62,257 bases of DNA, filler included, from 6 parts of 6 records of this genome joined end to end with filler, not necessarily neighbours in it, one strand, 5' to 3'; numbered from the whole stretch's first letter, positions 9,794 to 20,520 are shown. The notes: generated by a model not told the origin, from the sequence alone. A program made the numbers and translations.

Positions 9794-10999
9794 TTATACA
9801 GATTTAACAATAATAGCAGTACCCATACCGCCACCAATACATAACGATGCGAGACCATATGTTTGTTTGCGCTTTTTCATTTCATGAATTAATGTAACGA
9901 CAATGCGTGAACCACTACATCCAACTGGATGACCTAAGGCAATCGCACCACCATTAACATTTGTTCGATCTAAGATGTCTTGATATGATTGATTATGTTC
10001 TTCTGCTAATTCTTTAATGACACCGATTGATTGTGAAGCAAATGCTTCATTAAGTTCAATAAGTTCCATTTGATCAAGTTTCATTTTTGAACGATTTAAT
10101 ACATTTCTAATCGCAGATACTGGACCAAGACCCATGACTTTAGGGTCGATTGCAGCTTGATCAACTTCAACGATTTCAACGAGAGGTTTTAAGTCATATG
10201 CTTTAACTGCTTCTTCACTTGCAAGCATCACATATGCCGCACCGTCGTTAATACCTGAAGAATTACCTGCTGTTACACTACCACCTTTTTTAAATGCTGG
10301 TCTTAGGGTCGCAAGTTTTTCTAATGTTGATCTTCTGTTTGGATACTCATCTTTATCAAAGATTTTAGTTTCTTTTCTAAGTTTAACTTCAATTGGTACA
10401 ATTTCATCAGCAAAACGATTTGAATCAACTGCCTGAATGGCTTTTTGTTGAGATTGATAAGCAAAGTCATCTTGTTCTTCACGTGATAGATTGTGTTTAT
10501 CAACGATATTTTCTGCAGTAATTCCCATATGAATTTTATCATATGCATCAATTAATGCATCATTAATCATATGGTCAACCACATTGAAATCACCCATCTT
10601 AACACCGCTTCTAGATTTTGCTGGTAATAACATCGGTGCTTGACTCATTGATTCTGTACCACCTGCAATCACTAATTGATCCCATCCTGCTTTAATTTTT
10701 AAATAACCGTCCATGATAGCTTTTAAACCACTACCACATACCATATTTAATGAATATCCTGGAACATGTATAGGTAGTCCTGCCTTTATGGCAACTTGAC
10801 GACCTAATCCTTGTCCTTGTCCTGCTGATAAAACATTTCCTGAAATCACTTCATCAATGTTCGCTGGATCTACTTTTGTTTCTTCAATTAAGTTTTTAAC
10901 AACTGATGCACCAAAATCTGATGGTGATACAGTAGATAATCCACCTAAGAAACTACCAATCGCAGTTCTTTTTGCGGCAACAATATATACTTTACTCAT
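9794..10999 (-). CDS. atoB: Acetyl-CoA C-acetyltransferase (thiolase)
   Basis: NMVCGSG, NEAFA, GGAIALGHPVG, SLCIGGGMG. Confidence 0.96.
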   Translation of the reverse strand: MSKVYIVAAKRTAIGSFLGGLSTVSPSDFGASVVKNLIEETKVDPANIDEVISGNVLSAGQGQGLGRQVAIKAGLPIHVPGYSLNMVCGSGLKAIMDGYLKIKAGWDQLVIAGGTESMSQAPMLLPAKSRSGVKMGDFNVVDHMINDALIDAYDKIHMGITAENIVDKHNLSREEQDDFAYQSQQKAIQAVDSNRFADEIVPIEVKLRKETKIFDKDEYPNRRSTLEKLATLRPAFKKGGSVTAGNSSGINDGAAYVMLASEEAVKAYDLKPLVEIVEVDQAAIDPKVMGLGPVSAIRNVLNRSKMKLDQMELIELNEAFASQSIGVIKELAEEHNQSYQDILDRTNVNGGAIALGHPVGCSGSRIVVTLIHEMKKRKQTYGLASLCIGGGMGTAIIVKSV

Positions 11000-11010
11000 T
11001 TAAATACCTC

Positions 11011-12372
11011 CTAGAATAACATTAAACCTAGTGCAATAACAATACCTGAATATAATAGAACTACTAAACAATAACCCATAATGTTTTTCGCACCAAGTTT
11101 AGCAATACCAAGAACTGGAAGTGCCCAGAATGGTTGAATCATATTTGTCCAAGCATCACCCCAAGCAATTGACATGGCAGTTTTTGCTGCATCTACACCA
11201 AGTGCTGCACCTGCTGGCATCATAATAGGCGCTTGAACTGCCCATTGACCGCCACCACTAGGTACGAAGAAGTTAACGATACCTGCACTTAAGAATGAGA
11301 ATAATGGGAATGTTGTTTCATTTGAAATATTAACAAATAAATCTGAGATTGCCCCAGCAAGTGATACATCTGTAGGACCTTTTGTTGTCATAATACCCAT
11401 AATACCTGCATAGAATGGGAATTGTAGAACAATACCACCTACACTTTTTGCTGCATTATTAACGGCACGTACAACGTTAATTGGTGTACCATGCATTAAG
11501 ATTGCTGCAAATAAGAAGATAAAGTTAACAATGTTTAAGTTTAAACTAAAGCCAAAATCAATAAAGTATTTAACTATAAATACAAAGCCCATTGCTGCTA
11601 ATACGTAGTTAATAATTTTACTATTTTCTAATTTTTCAGCTGGTGTCATTTGATCTCTTGGTGTTGCTGCTGGTGCTGGTTCTTCTACTAATAATGCTGG
11701 ATCAATTGTTTTAATTTGATCACCTTTTGGATGCATTAATGCTAGTAAGAATGGTAATGTAATTAAAATAATACCAAAAATTAGCAAGTTAAATGTTGAG
11801 AAAATTGTAAGACTTGTTGAAATTGGATCAATTACTGCGCCACCTGTTGCAGTTGCAAGTGCATCACCTGCTGTTGCAAGTTTTAATGGAATTGATCCTG
11901 AAATACCTGCATGCCATACTAAGAATCCTGAATAAGCTGCAGCGATTAATAAAGGATAGTCGATACCTTTAACTTTTTTAGCAACTTCTTTTGCAAAAAC
12001 TGCACCAATAACTAATCCAAAGCCCCAGTTAATAAAACATGCAAGTAATGCAATTGCATTAACAATAATAATTGCTTGTACTCTATTTTTAGGAATAGAT
12101 GCAAGTTTTCCAAGCAATTTTTTAAATGCTGGTGCTGTTGCTAAAATTGTACCTGTAACAAGTACTAATGTCATTTGCATTGCAAATGCTAAGAGTGTCC
12201 AAAATCCACCATACCATGCTTCAACGACACCAATTGGTGTTGTTTTTGTGACGAGCATTGATGCTACGACAACAATAAACGTTAAGATGATCGCGAAAAT
12301 AAATGGATCTGGTAGATATTTTTCTACTAATTTTACTGATCCTCGAGTTAATCTGTCAAAAAACTTTTTCAT
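11011..12372 (-). CDS. atoE: Short-chain fatty acid transporter
   Basis: LPDPFIFAIILT, QFPFYAGIMG, NFFVPSGGGQWAVQAP, WGDAWTNMIQPFWALP. Confidence 0.93.
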   Translation of the reverse strand: MKKFFDRLTRGSVKLVEKYLPDPFIFAIILTFIVVVASMLVTKTTPIGVVEAWYGGFWTLLAFAMQMTLVLVTGTILATAPAFKKLLGKLASIPKNRVQAIIIVNAIALLACFINWGFGLVIGAVFAKEVAKKVKGIDYPLLIAAAYSGFLVWHAGISGSIPLKLATAGDALATATGGAVIDPISTSLTIFSTFNLLIFGIILITLPFLLALMHPKGDQIKTIDPALLVEEPAPAATPRDQMTPAEKLENSKIINYVLAAMGFVFIVKYFIDFGFSLNLNIVNFIFLFAAILMHGTPINVVRAVNNAAKSVGGIVLQFPFYAGIMGIMTTKGPTDVSLAGAISDLFVNISNETTFPLFSFLSAGIVNFFVPSGGGQWAVQAPIMMPAGAALGVDAAKTAMSIAWGDAWTNMIQPFWALPVLGIAKLGAKNIMGYCLVVLLYSGIVIALGLMLF

Positions 12373-12384
12373 TTCTTTCTCCCT

Positions 12385-13035
12385 CTAAATTTCCATTGTT
12401 TTTAATTTTTCACTCACGATGAGTGTTGCTTCTGTTGCTTCTTGAATTTGTTCAACTGTTACACCTGGTGCTAATTCTGTTAATAATATACCTTCTGGTG
12501 TAATTTCCATCACACCTAATTCAGTAACAATCATGTTGACTTGTTTAACTGCTGTATAAGGTAATGTACATTTTTTAAGAATTTTTTTATTACCTCTTGA
12601 TGTGTGAGTCATTGCGATAATGACTTTCTTAGCACCAACTAATAAATCCATCGCACCACCCATACCAGGTACCATTTTTCCTGGAATGATCCAATTAGCG
12701 ATACTACCTTCTTCATCAACTTGTAGTGAGCCTAGGATAGTAGCATCCACATGACCACCACGGATAATACCAAATGATGTCGCACTATCAAAACATGCAC
12801 CATCAATACTCATTGTGACAGGTTTACCACCTGCGTTTGTTAAATCCCAATCTTCATCTTTTTCTTCAGGTGCTGGTCCAAGACCTAGCATCCCATTTTC
12901 TGATTGAAATGTGATATCAATACCTTCTGGTAAAAAATTAGACACCATGGTTGGTAATCCAATACCTAAGTTAACCACATCACCATCATTTAATTCTTTT
13001 GCAACGCGTCTTGCAATCAGTTCTTTTGGAGTCAT
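12385..13035 (-). CDS. atoA: 3-oxoacid/acetate CoA-transferase subunit B
   Basis: VNLGIGLPT, QSENG (catalytic Glu), GMGGAMDL. Confidence 0.94.
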   Translation of the reverse strand: MTPKELIARRVAKELNDGDVVNLGIGLPTMVSNFLPEGIDITFQSENGMLGLGPAPEEKDEDWDLTNAGGKPVTMSIDGACFDSATSFGIIRGGHVDATILGSLQVDEEGSIANWIIPGKMVPGMGGAMDLLVGAKKVIIAMTHTSRGNKKILKKCTLPYTAVKQVNMIVTELGVMEITPEGILLTELAPGVTVEQIQEATEATLIVSEKLKTMEI

Positions 13036-13694
13036 GATTTACCTCCTTTTAGAATATGATCAATAAAAATGTGTTGTGTGATGATTTGATCAGGATCAAG
13101 ATCACCAATTTTTACGATTTGTCTTGCTTCTACTGCAACAGTATCACAAGCCATGGCCATCAATGGATTAAAGTTTCGTGTTGTCAGTCTATAAGTTGTG
13201 TTACCTTTTTCATCCACTTTGTCACCAAGTAAAATCGCAAAATCTGCACGTAAAGGTTTTTCAAGTAAATAAGATTTACCATCAACTTCAATTACTTGTT
13301 TGCCTTCTTGTACCATCGTTCCAAGTCCGGTAGGTGTTAAAAAGCCACCTAAACCTGTACCACCAGAACGTATACGTTCAGCAAGTGTACCTTGAGGAAT
13401 GAGATCAATTTCCATTTCTTTTGTTGCCATTTTTTGTCCAGCTATTGGATTTAATCCGATATGTGATGCAATGAGTTTTTTCACTTTCCCTGCATCAATT
13501 AACTTGCCTACACCTACGCCTGGTAGCCCTGCGTCATTACATATGATTGTTAGATCTTTAACATCGCTCGCTAAAATAGCATCGATAATACCTTCCGGTG
13601 TTCCGATGTTCATAAATCCTCCAACCATAATGCTTGCGCCATCATAGATTTTTGAAGCAAAATCTACGTATGATGTCATTTTGGTTTTCATCAT
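13032..13694 (-). CDS. atoD: 3-oxoacid/acetate CoA-transferase subunit A
   Basis: IMVGGF, PQGTLAERIRSGG, RNFNPLMAMA; start moved to ATG 13694 after an AAGGA RBS. Confidence 0.93.
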   Translation of the reverse strand: MMKTKMTSYVDFASKIYDGASIMVGGFMNIGTPEGIIDAILASDVKDLTIICNDAGLPGVGVGKLIDAGKVKKLIASHIGLNPIAGQKMATKEMEIDLIPQGTLAERIRSGGTGLGGFLTPTGLGTMVQEGKQVIEVDGKSYLLEKPLRADFAILLGDKVDEKGNTTYRLTTRNFNPLMAMACDTVAVEARQIVKIGDLDPDQIITQHIFIDHILKGGKS

Positions 13695-13716
13695 TTTATT
13701 CCTTTCTTTAGTTTTC

Positions 13717-13763
13717 ATGTAAGTACTTACTTACATTATAAAGCGTTTACAATTTTTTTGCAA
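13717..13763 (-). promoter_or_regulatory. ato operon promoter with palindromic operator overlapping -10/+1
   Basis: Minus strand TTGCAA-17 nt-TATAAT; ATGTAAGT-N4-ACTTACAT at 13717-13736. Confidence 0.8.
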
Positions 13764-13793
13764 TAGGTATTTTTAACAAAATTTAAAATGCAT

Positions 13794-13817
13794 AAAAAAA
13801 GCCATCAAATGATGGCT
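13794..13817 (-). terminator. Intrinsic terminator of the TetR gene
   Basis: AGCCATC-ATTT-GATGGCT followed by a T run on the minus strand. Confidence 0.7.
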
Positions 13818-13823
13818 AAATCG

Positions 13824-14396
13824 TTATCTTTTACAGTTTGCACAATGCTCTTTAACTAAATCTTCAACAAAGAGTTTTATAATTCTTCTAACATCTTGAC
13901 CTTCGTAAATCGCAGGTGCATGTACCTCTAATGTGAACACACCCATGATCATTGCAACTATCCCTCTAGAGATGGTTCCAGGATCTCCTGTAAACTCTCC
14001 AGTATCTTTTGCTTTTTCAAGATAGTCTGTCATATAGTGTACATAATCAATTGAGTTTGTGAATTTTTCACTATCTTCATTGATCTCTTTTATTTGAATC
14101 TTATACATCTTAATATTATTAACTAAGAACATATAATAGTCCTCAGCAAAAATCGATAAATCTTTAATCAGATCCCCCGTAATATCTTTTGATATTTTTT
14201 CAATAATATTTCCTTCATATGAGAAATGTCTAATCACTGCTTGCAAAATATTACTTTTGTTTTTGAAATGTCTAAATATCGTCACTTCATTAACACCAGC
14301 AACTTCAGCTATTTTTTTAGTCGGTGTACCGTTATACCCATACTCTGAAAATAGTTTTGTGGCAGCTTTTAGTATTTTCTCTTCAGTTTTCTTCAT
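13824..14396 (-). CDS. TetR/AcrR-family transcriptional regulator
   Basis: ILKAATKLFSEYGYNGT.TKKIAEVAGVNEVTIFRHFKNK HTH. Confidence 0.93.
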   Translation of the reverse strand: MKKTEEKILKAATKLFSEYGYNGTPTKKIAEVAGVNEVTIFRHFKNKSNILQAVIRHFSYEGNIIEKISKDITGDLIKDLSIFAEDYYMFLVNNIKMYKIQIKEINEDSEKFTNSIDYVHYMTDYLEKAKDTGEFTGDPGTISRGIVAMIMGVFTLEVHAPAIYEGQDVRRIIKLFVEDLVKEHCANCKR

Positions 14397-14525
14397 TCAA
14401 TCACCAATAATTTCTAATCAAATCTAATTGTATATATTATAACACTTTTACACAAAATTGTTAACCTAATCTCTATCATATATACAAAACGCCTATGATA
14501 GAAATCACAAGCGTTTCAATGTTAA

Positions 14526-15125
14526 TTATTCAGCACTTGCAAAATGCGTGTGTGTAAATTGCCATTGTATTATCTTCTTTTGTGCATAGAACGTACCTAA
14601 GCCTAAAGTAATAACTATAAATAATGCCCAACCAAGAGCACCAAACCAAGGGCCTTGATAATCAAATTTTAATCGTTTGCCACTAATGGTTTTTTCTTCA
14701 ACTATATATCTAGCATAAGATACGAAAGCCCAAGCAAATGGTAATACAAGTAAATATATAGATATCACAAGTAAAATATTATACCCAAACATTGATAATG
14801 CTTCACCAGTAAATGCTGAGTTACCATCTTCTCCTTCTGCACTTAAATGTTTAACTTCCCATTGAATCATTTTTTTCATTGCATACCATGAACCAATACC
14901 CAATGTAATGACTGCAAATAATTGCCAACCAAGATATCCCCACCAAGGACCCTGATGTTCAAACTTAATTTTCTTACCATCAATAGTCACATGTGAATAA
15001 TACCATTCCATATACTTTGGAATCACAAAAACAACTGGAATAAAAAATAGCATTGTCGAAACTGCAATCACTATATTCCAGCCAAATAGTCCCCAAGCGG
15101 AACCCGTAAACTTAGATTCTTTCAT
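14526..15125 (-). CDS. DUF898/YjgN-like membrane protein made of two tandem repeats
   Basis: S.FTG..FG..TI.GK..KF..QGPW.G.LGW..ITLG.G..YA.KK.IQW occurs twice. Confidence 0.7.
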   Translation of the reverse strand: MKESKFTGSAWGLFGWNIVIAVSTMLFFIPVVFVIPKYMEWYYSHVTIDGKKIKFEHQGPWWGYLGWQLFAVITLGIGSWYAMKKMIQWEVKHLSAEGEDGNSAFTGEALSMFGYNILLVISIYLLVLPFAWAFVSYARYIVEEKTISGKRLKFDYQGPWFGALGWALFIVITLGLGTFYAQKKIIQWQFTHTHFASAE

Positions 15126-15216
15126 TGTTTCCCTCCACAGATTTTTTTATACATTTATTATAGCATATGACTTATAAAAAAAATACCATATATTAAAATA
15201 TAGTATTTTCATTACT

Positions 15217-16011
15217 CTATTTATCATCATCAAAGATGAATTTTTTCATAGCTAAAGCAAATCCGTCATCCTTAAATGATTTTGTTATAAAATCAGCTTT
15301 ATCAAGCAAATGAGGATGTCCATCACCCATCGCTATACCAATATCTGCCTGTTCGATCATTTGGATATCATTTTCTTGATCCCCTATGGCAATTACCTGA
15401 TCTATTGGGTGATTAATAAATGCTTTTAATTTCATGAGTGCATGCCCCTTATTCGCATTGATATGTCCAATATCTAAAAACGTAGGTTGACTTTGCACAC
15501 ATGAAATATCATGAACATCTTTGATATTTTCTTTTAATTGTTCAAGCAAACTACTATTTTGATCAATAACCAATATTTTAGTAACACCTTGATTTAACAC
15601 ATCCGTTAAATTATCTAACATCACGACATTAAATGTTCCTACTCTTTTTGTAAATGCTTCATAAACTTTAGTTGAAGAAGCATATATGATTTTCGTTGTA
15701 TAAATTAAATAGCTAAGATTTAATTGATTGCATTGTCTTGTGATTTCTTCAACACGTGCATTTTCTATAACTTGTTGATATAATATTTTATCATTTTTAA
15801 AATCATAGATAACCGCCCCATTGCTGCAAATAACAGGATATTGTATATCAAACGCTTCAACGATTTTTCTTGTTGCATTTAAGTGTCTCCCTGTTGCAAT
15901 TGTAAATATATGTTCTGTATTTTTTAGTTTTTTAACGGATTCTAATGTCCTAGAAGAATACTTGCTTCTATGGATCATTGTCCCGTCTAAATCTGAAATA
16001 ATTAAATGCAT
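15217..16011 (-). CDS. Cof-type HAD-IIB hydrolase
   Basis: SDLDGT, IATGR, ICSNGA, NKG, AIGDQEND. Confidence 0.93.
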   Translation of the reverse strand: MHLIISDLDGTMIHRSKYSSRTLESVKKLKNTEHIFTIATGRHLNATRKIVEAFDIQYPVICSNGAVIYDFKNDKILYQQVIENARVEEITRQCNQLNLSYLIYTTKIIYASSTKVYEAFTKRVGTFNVVMLDNLTDVLNQGVTKILVIDQNSSLLEQLKENIKDVHDISCVQSQPTFLDIGHINANKGHALMKLKAFINHPIDQVIAIGDQENDIQMIEQADIGIAMGDGHPHLLDKADFITKSFKDDGFALAMKKFIFDDDK

Positions 16012-16057
16012 ATTAATGTATCGATATATAGCATTTGCTTTATATCTTGCTCCTTAT

Positions 16058-17675
16058 TTACTTATGATAGAGTGCGTTAACTTTTGCTTGAATATCTTTA
16101 TCATCAATAAATGTATCAAATTCACCTTCAAAGCTGTATGCGCCTAAATCTCCAACTTCAATGACGTGGTCACATATGGATTGTAATAAATGGTGATCAT
16201 GAGATGATACTAAAATGGCCCCTTTAAAATCTTCTAATCCTTTATTCACGGCTTGAATAGATTCTAAGTCAAGATGAATGGTTGGAGAATCTACTAATAA
16301 TGTATTCGCATTTGATAACATCATCTTTGAATACATCAGTCTCATTTTTTCCCCACCTGATAATACATTGACTTTTTTAAGTGCTTGGTCACCACTAAAT
16401 AACATGCGTCCTAAAAATCCTCTAATATATGATTCATTTTGATCTTTTGAATATTGTCTAAGCCAATCAACTAAAGTAAAATCATTTCTTTTGAAATATT
16501 TTGTATTATCACTTGGTAGATATGAAGTTGATACGGTTTGTCCCCATGTGATAGTTCCACTATCAGGTTTTAATTCACCTGCTAGTATTTTTAATAAGGT
16601 TGATTTTGCTAAATCATTTCTCCCCATTAAAGCAACCTTTTCATTTGTATTAATAATAAATGAAATGTTTTCAAATAGTTTTACACCTTCTAATGTGTAA
16701 CTAAGATTTTCTACTTTTAATACATCTTTACCAAGTGGTCTTTCAACATCAAACCCAATAAACGGATATTTTCTACTTGATGGAATAATTTCATCAAGTT
16801 CAATTTTTTCTAATGCTTTTTTTCTTGATGTTGCTTGAGAAGATTTTGAAAGATTTGCAGAAAATCGTGCGATAAATGCTTTAAGTTCTTCTATACGTTC
16901 TTCTTTTTTCTTGTTTTTATCTGCCATTAATTTTTGAGCAAGTTGAGATGACTCTCTCCAAAAATCATAATTACCCATATATTTTCGCTTGATAGTAATC
17001 AATATCAACAATATGTGTACACACTTTATTTAAAAAATGTCTATCGTGTGAAACAGTAATCACTGTATTTTCATAATCCATTAAAAAGTTTTCTAACCAT
17101 CCAATGGCTTCAAAGTCAAGGTTATTCGTAGGCTCATCAAGTAATAATACATCAGGTTTACCAAATAGAGCTTGTGCTAATAGTACTTTTACTTTGTTTT
17201 TTGGAAGTACATCTTTCATGAGTTTATAAAAATCTTCTTGAGGCACTTTTAAACCATTTAATAATTTTTCTGCATCAGGTTCTGCATTCCACCCATCAAG
17301 TTCTAAAAATCTACCTTCTAGTTCAGCAAGTTTAATACCATCTTCATCATTAAAGTCAGTTTTTGCGTAAAGCACTTCCTTTGCTTGTGATATATCGAAT
17401 AATTCTTTATGTCCCATCATGACGGTTTGCATAACTGTATATTGATCAAATGCATTTTGATCTTGGTTTAACACTGCTAAGCGTTTATCTTTTTCCATAA
17501 TCACTGTACCAGTTGTTGGTTCTCTATCTTTTGATAATAATTTTAAAAATGTAGATTTCCCGGCACCATTAGCACCTATCACACCATAACAATTGCCTTG
17601 TGTGAATTTTAAATTGACTTCTTCAAATAGTTTTTTATCTGAAAATATTAAGCTTAAATTTGATACTGATAACAT
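16058..17675 (-). CDS. ABC-F family ribosome-associated ATPase (YbiT/YkpA-like), split by a frameshift near 16978
   Basis: GANGAGKST, LLLDEPTNNLD, SHDRHFLN, then GNYDFW linker and second cassette LSGGEK; frame break in an (AT)n stretch. Confidence 0.9.
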
Positions 17676-17728
17676 ATATATACCTCTTTTTTTACTGATC
17701 TTTATATGTGCTAAAAATTAGCCATCTA

Positions 17729-17761
17729 GCATACTTTATATGAAAGTATGCAAAAAGTCAA
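17729..17761 (-). promoter_or_regulatory. ABC-F promoter with an inverted repeat over the spacer and -10
   Basis: Minus strand TTGACT-17 nt-TAAAGT; GCATACTTT-N5-AAAGTATGC at 17729-17751. Confidence 0.55.
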
Positions 17762-17797
17762 CAAAAAACCATGTTTATATAAACATGGCTGATATTG

Positions 17798-18649
17798 CTA
17801 GCTTTGAATAAGCAGTTTAACGAATGCTTTAATATTAATAAACTCATCTTTATATGCATCAATAAAGTTTTCATTAACCTCATGTTTAGGAGAAAAATCA
17901 AATGTATCTTGTCCATGATTAATGGCGATAAACATTTTATTTTTAATAAATGAAAAAGAAATCTTATCTTTGAATCTTTGATCAAGATATAAGAGTTTTT
18001 CCATAAACTTTGGTTTAAGCAATTTAAGTGCTTCAAACTGATCATGAGCATACACTGTTAATTCTTGATTAAATCTTATACTTTCTGTTTCTATTAAATC
18101 ATTCTGCTTAAATAGATTAAATCTTGTTTTTTGCATAATCACAACATCTGTTTTTAAAGGTTTTAATAAATCGATTTCATAAAATCTACCTTTAAATACG
18201 GTTACTGTATGCGATCTACCTTTAGAATCGGATCTTACATCTTGTTGATGAATGTCACTACATCTAAACTTTACACCGTCTATGATACCTTCTATTAAAT
18301 CTTCACTTTTAAATCGGTCTTGATTTCTTAATAATCTACTATAAATAACTTCTTGTTCTAAAAAGCCATCATGTAATCGATATGTAGCATTTGGAATAAT
18401 TTTATTTAGTTCTGGCATGAGATATTTTTCTTTAAATTGATTAGATAATGCTTTTAATTTTGTTTGTTGACTACCTGCATAAATGGCACCACCCATAAAT
18501 GGAATAGCCATTAAAAAGGCACCAAAAGGTCCTGCAGCCACACCCATTGGTAAAAAACAAATGAAAGCAATCAATGTTACTGCTATCCCAAGTTTAGATT
18601 TTGTTTTTAACTGTGCCATTTGTTTATTGTATGCATGAAAATCATTCAT
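17798..18649 (-). CDS. DUF3137-family membrane-anchored protein
   Basis: Two N-terminal TM helices; SEDLIEG, VTVFKGRF, ETESIRFN..VYA.DQ.EA..LL.P.FMEKL. Confidence 0.75.
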   Translation of the reverse strand: MNDFHAYNKQMAQLKTKSKLGIAVTLIAFICFLPMGVAAGPFGAFLMAIPFMGGAIYAGSQQTKLKALSNQFKEKYLMPELNKIIPNATYRLHDGFLEQEVIYSRLLRNQDRFKSEDLIEGIIDGVKFRCSDIHQQDVRSDSKGRSHTVTVFKGRFYEIDLLKPLKTDVVIMQKTRFNLFKQNDLIETESIRFNQELTVYAHDQFEALKLLKPKFMEKLLYLDQRFKDKISFSFIKNKMFIAINHGQDTFDFSPKHEVNENFIDAYKDEFINIKAFVKLLIQS

Positions 18650-18674
18650 ATTTTAACCCCCTACTTGATTTATT

Positions 18675-19265
18675 TTAGAGTAAAAATGTCGTTATCACAT
18701 ATTGAATAAGTCCAATGATCCCACCTAAAAATAACCCAATGATTTCTACAAATCTTAATTCTTTGTTCATTAGTCCAAAAATGATTTTTTCAAATGCGAT
18801 AAAGTCAAGCGCATCGATTTTCTCTTTAACAAGTGAATATATATCGATATGATCAAGTGACGCATCTTTGACTTCATCTAATAATGCATTAAATATCTCA
18901 TCACTATGCTTGTCTAAATATTTTTCAATGACTGCACTTGGATCCCCACCCATAAACATAGATATTGCTGGTGGAATGGCTTTTGCAAGCTTTTCCACAA
19001 TAACTTTTTTAAGTTTTTCTTTTAATTGCTCAACTTTCTCTTCATTTAATAGTTGATCCATTAATGCTTCTTTTGATAACAATTCATTTTCTATAATATC
19101 AGCTAAACTTTTTGCTATTTCATCTTTTCTTCTAGGAAATACCCCTTGGATATTCATCCCTAAAAATTTATGTGGATTAATAGGTCTAAATAACATTTTA
19201 ATCGCAAGCTTATTCGTCATCCATCCAATTAACCCACCAATGATTATAAATAATAATATGTCCAT
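18675..19265 (-). CDS. DUF445 (YheB-like) membrane protein
   Basis: IGGLIGWMTNKLAIKMLFRP, QGVFPRRK.EIA, KELRFVEIIG..LGGIIGLIQ. Confidence 0.88.
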   Translation of the reverse strand: MDILLFIIIGGLIGWMTNKLAIKMLFRPINPHKFLGMNIQGVFPRRKDEIAKSLADIIENELLSKEALMDQLLNEEKVEQLKEKLKKVIVEKLAKAIPPAISMFMGGDPSAVIEKYLDKHSDEIFNALLDEVKDASLDHIDIYSLVKEKIDALDFIAFEKIIFGLMNKELRFVEIIGLFLGGIIGLIQYVITTFLL

Positions 19266-19362
19266 GGTACACCTCATATAAATTTTTTTCATCATTAATT
19301 ATATCACATGATATGCAATAAAAAATGGGTGAAATCACCCATTATTAATTTAAATTATCAAT

Positions 19363-19743
19363 TTATTCACCTTTAATAATATCAACAATATCATATTGTA
19401 TTGATAAATCTATGATATAGATGTTTCTATACATTTGACTTGGTTCTTCATCATCATCGTCTAAATCTAATGCTTCTTCTAATGCATTTTTACTTTTATA
19501 TTCAATGATAATACCTGCAATGACTTCTGTATCTAAAATATCTGAATCCGTATATATGATATGGATATTCTTAAAACCTTCTAAATCATATTGTTCACTA
19601 TAAGATTCAGCTTCTTCTTCATCTGCCGACTCAACTGTAAATCCTTCATCTTCTAATCTTCTTTGGGCAGTATTTGCCGCACTACATGAAGCCAGTGTAA
19701 GACTAGATAACAATAAAAATAGTACTAAAAATAATTTTTTCAT
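19363..19743 (-). CDS. Acidic lipoprotein of unknown function
   Basis: MKK-hydrophobic-LASC lipobox; AGGAGG RBS. Confidence 0.75.
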   Translation of the reverse strand: MKKLFLVLFLLLSSLTLASCSAANTAQRRLEDEGFTVESADEEEAESYSEQYDLEGFKNIHIIYTDSDILDTEVIAGIIIEYKSKNALEEALDLDDDDEEPSQMYRNIYIIDLSIQYDIVDIIKGE

Positions 19744-19923
19744 ACTGATTCCTCCTTATTTATTTGTGCCAAACAAATTTAAAAAATGTTTGAACATACG
19801 CTTATTTTCAATTTCAGTATACCATCTGATAGTTTTCATGCAAGTGATACACTAAAAAGCAATGACATCAATCATGGGTAGACATGTTATAATATATTTA
19901 AACATTTAGCGGCTTGGAGGCTT

Positions 19924-20520
19924 ATGATGTCACTTATTGAGAAATTAAAAAAAAGACGTTCTTATCGTGAATTTGAATCAGAAACATTTGATATACAGTT
20001 AGTAATCGATGCGATTGATGCTGCTAAATATGCGCCTAATGGCGCGAATAAACAGCCTTGGACATTTTGTATTATTAAAAACCCTAAAATAAAAAAAGAG
20101 ATTAGAGAAGCTGCAGAAAAAGTTGAAACTAAATTTTATCAAAAAATATCAGATGAATGGCAACATGATCTAGATCATCTGCATGTTGATACACAAAAAC
20201 TATTTTTAGAGGAAGCTCCTTATCTTATCGTTATCTTCAAGCATGTTTTCCAATATGATGAAAACCACAATAAAACAAAAGTCTATTATCCAAACATATC
20301 GGTAGGTATTGCAACTGGTATGCTTATCTCAGCACTTACAGATCTTAATTTAGATATATTAACATATACACCATCACCGAATGCTTTTCTATCAGATATA
20401 CTCTAAAGACCTGACAATGAAAAACCTTATTTAATTTTAGCGGTTGGTAAAGGTTCTAAGTCCTATCAATTACCTAACATCACTAAAAAGAAAACAACTG
20501 ACATTATTAAAATATATTAA
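19924..20520 (+). pseudogene. Iodotyrosine-deiodinase-like nitroreductase with an in-frame TAA at 20404-20406
   Basis: RRSYREF, APNGANKQPWTF, IREAAE..E..FY, K.FLEEAPYLIV, TYTPSP; the frame resumes RPDNEKPYLILAVG...LPNITKK to TAA at 20520. Confidence 0.75.
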
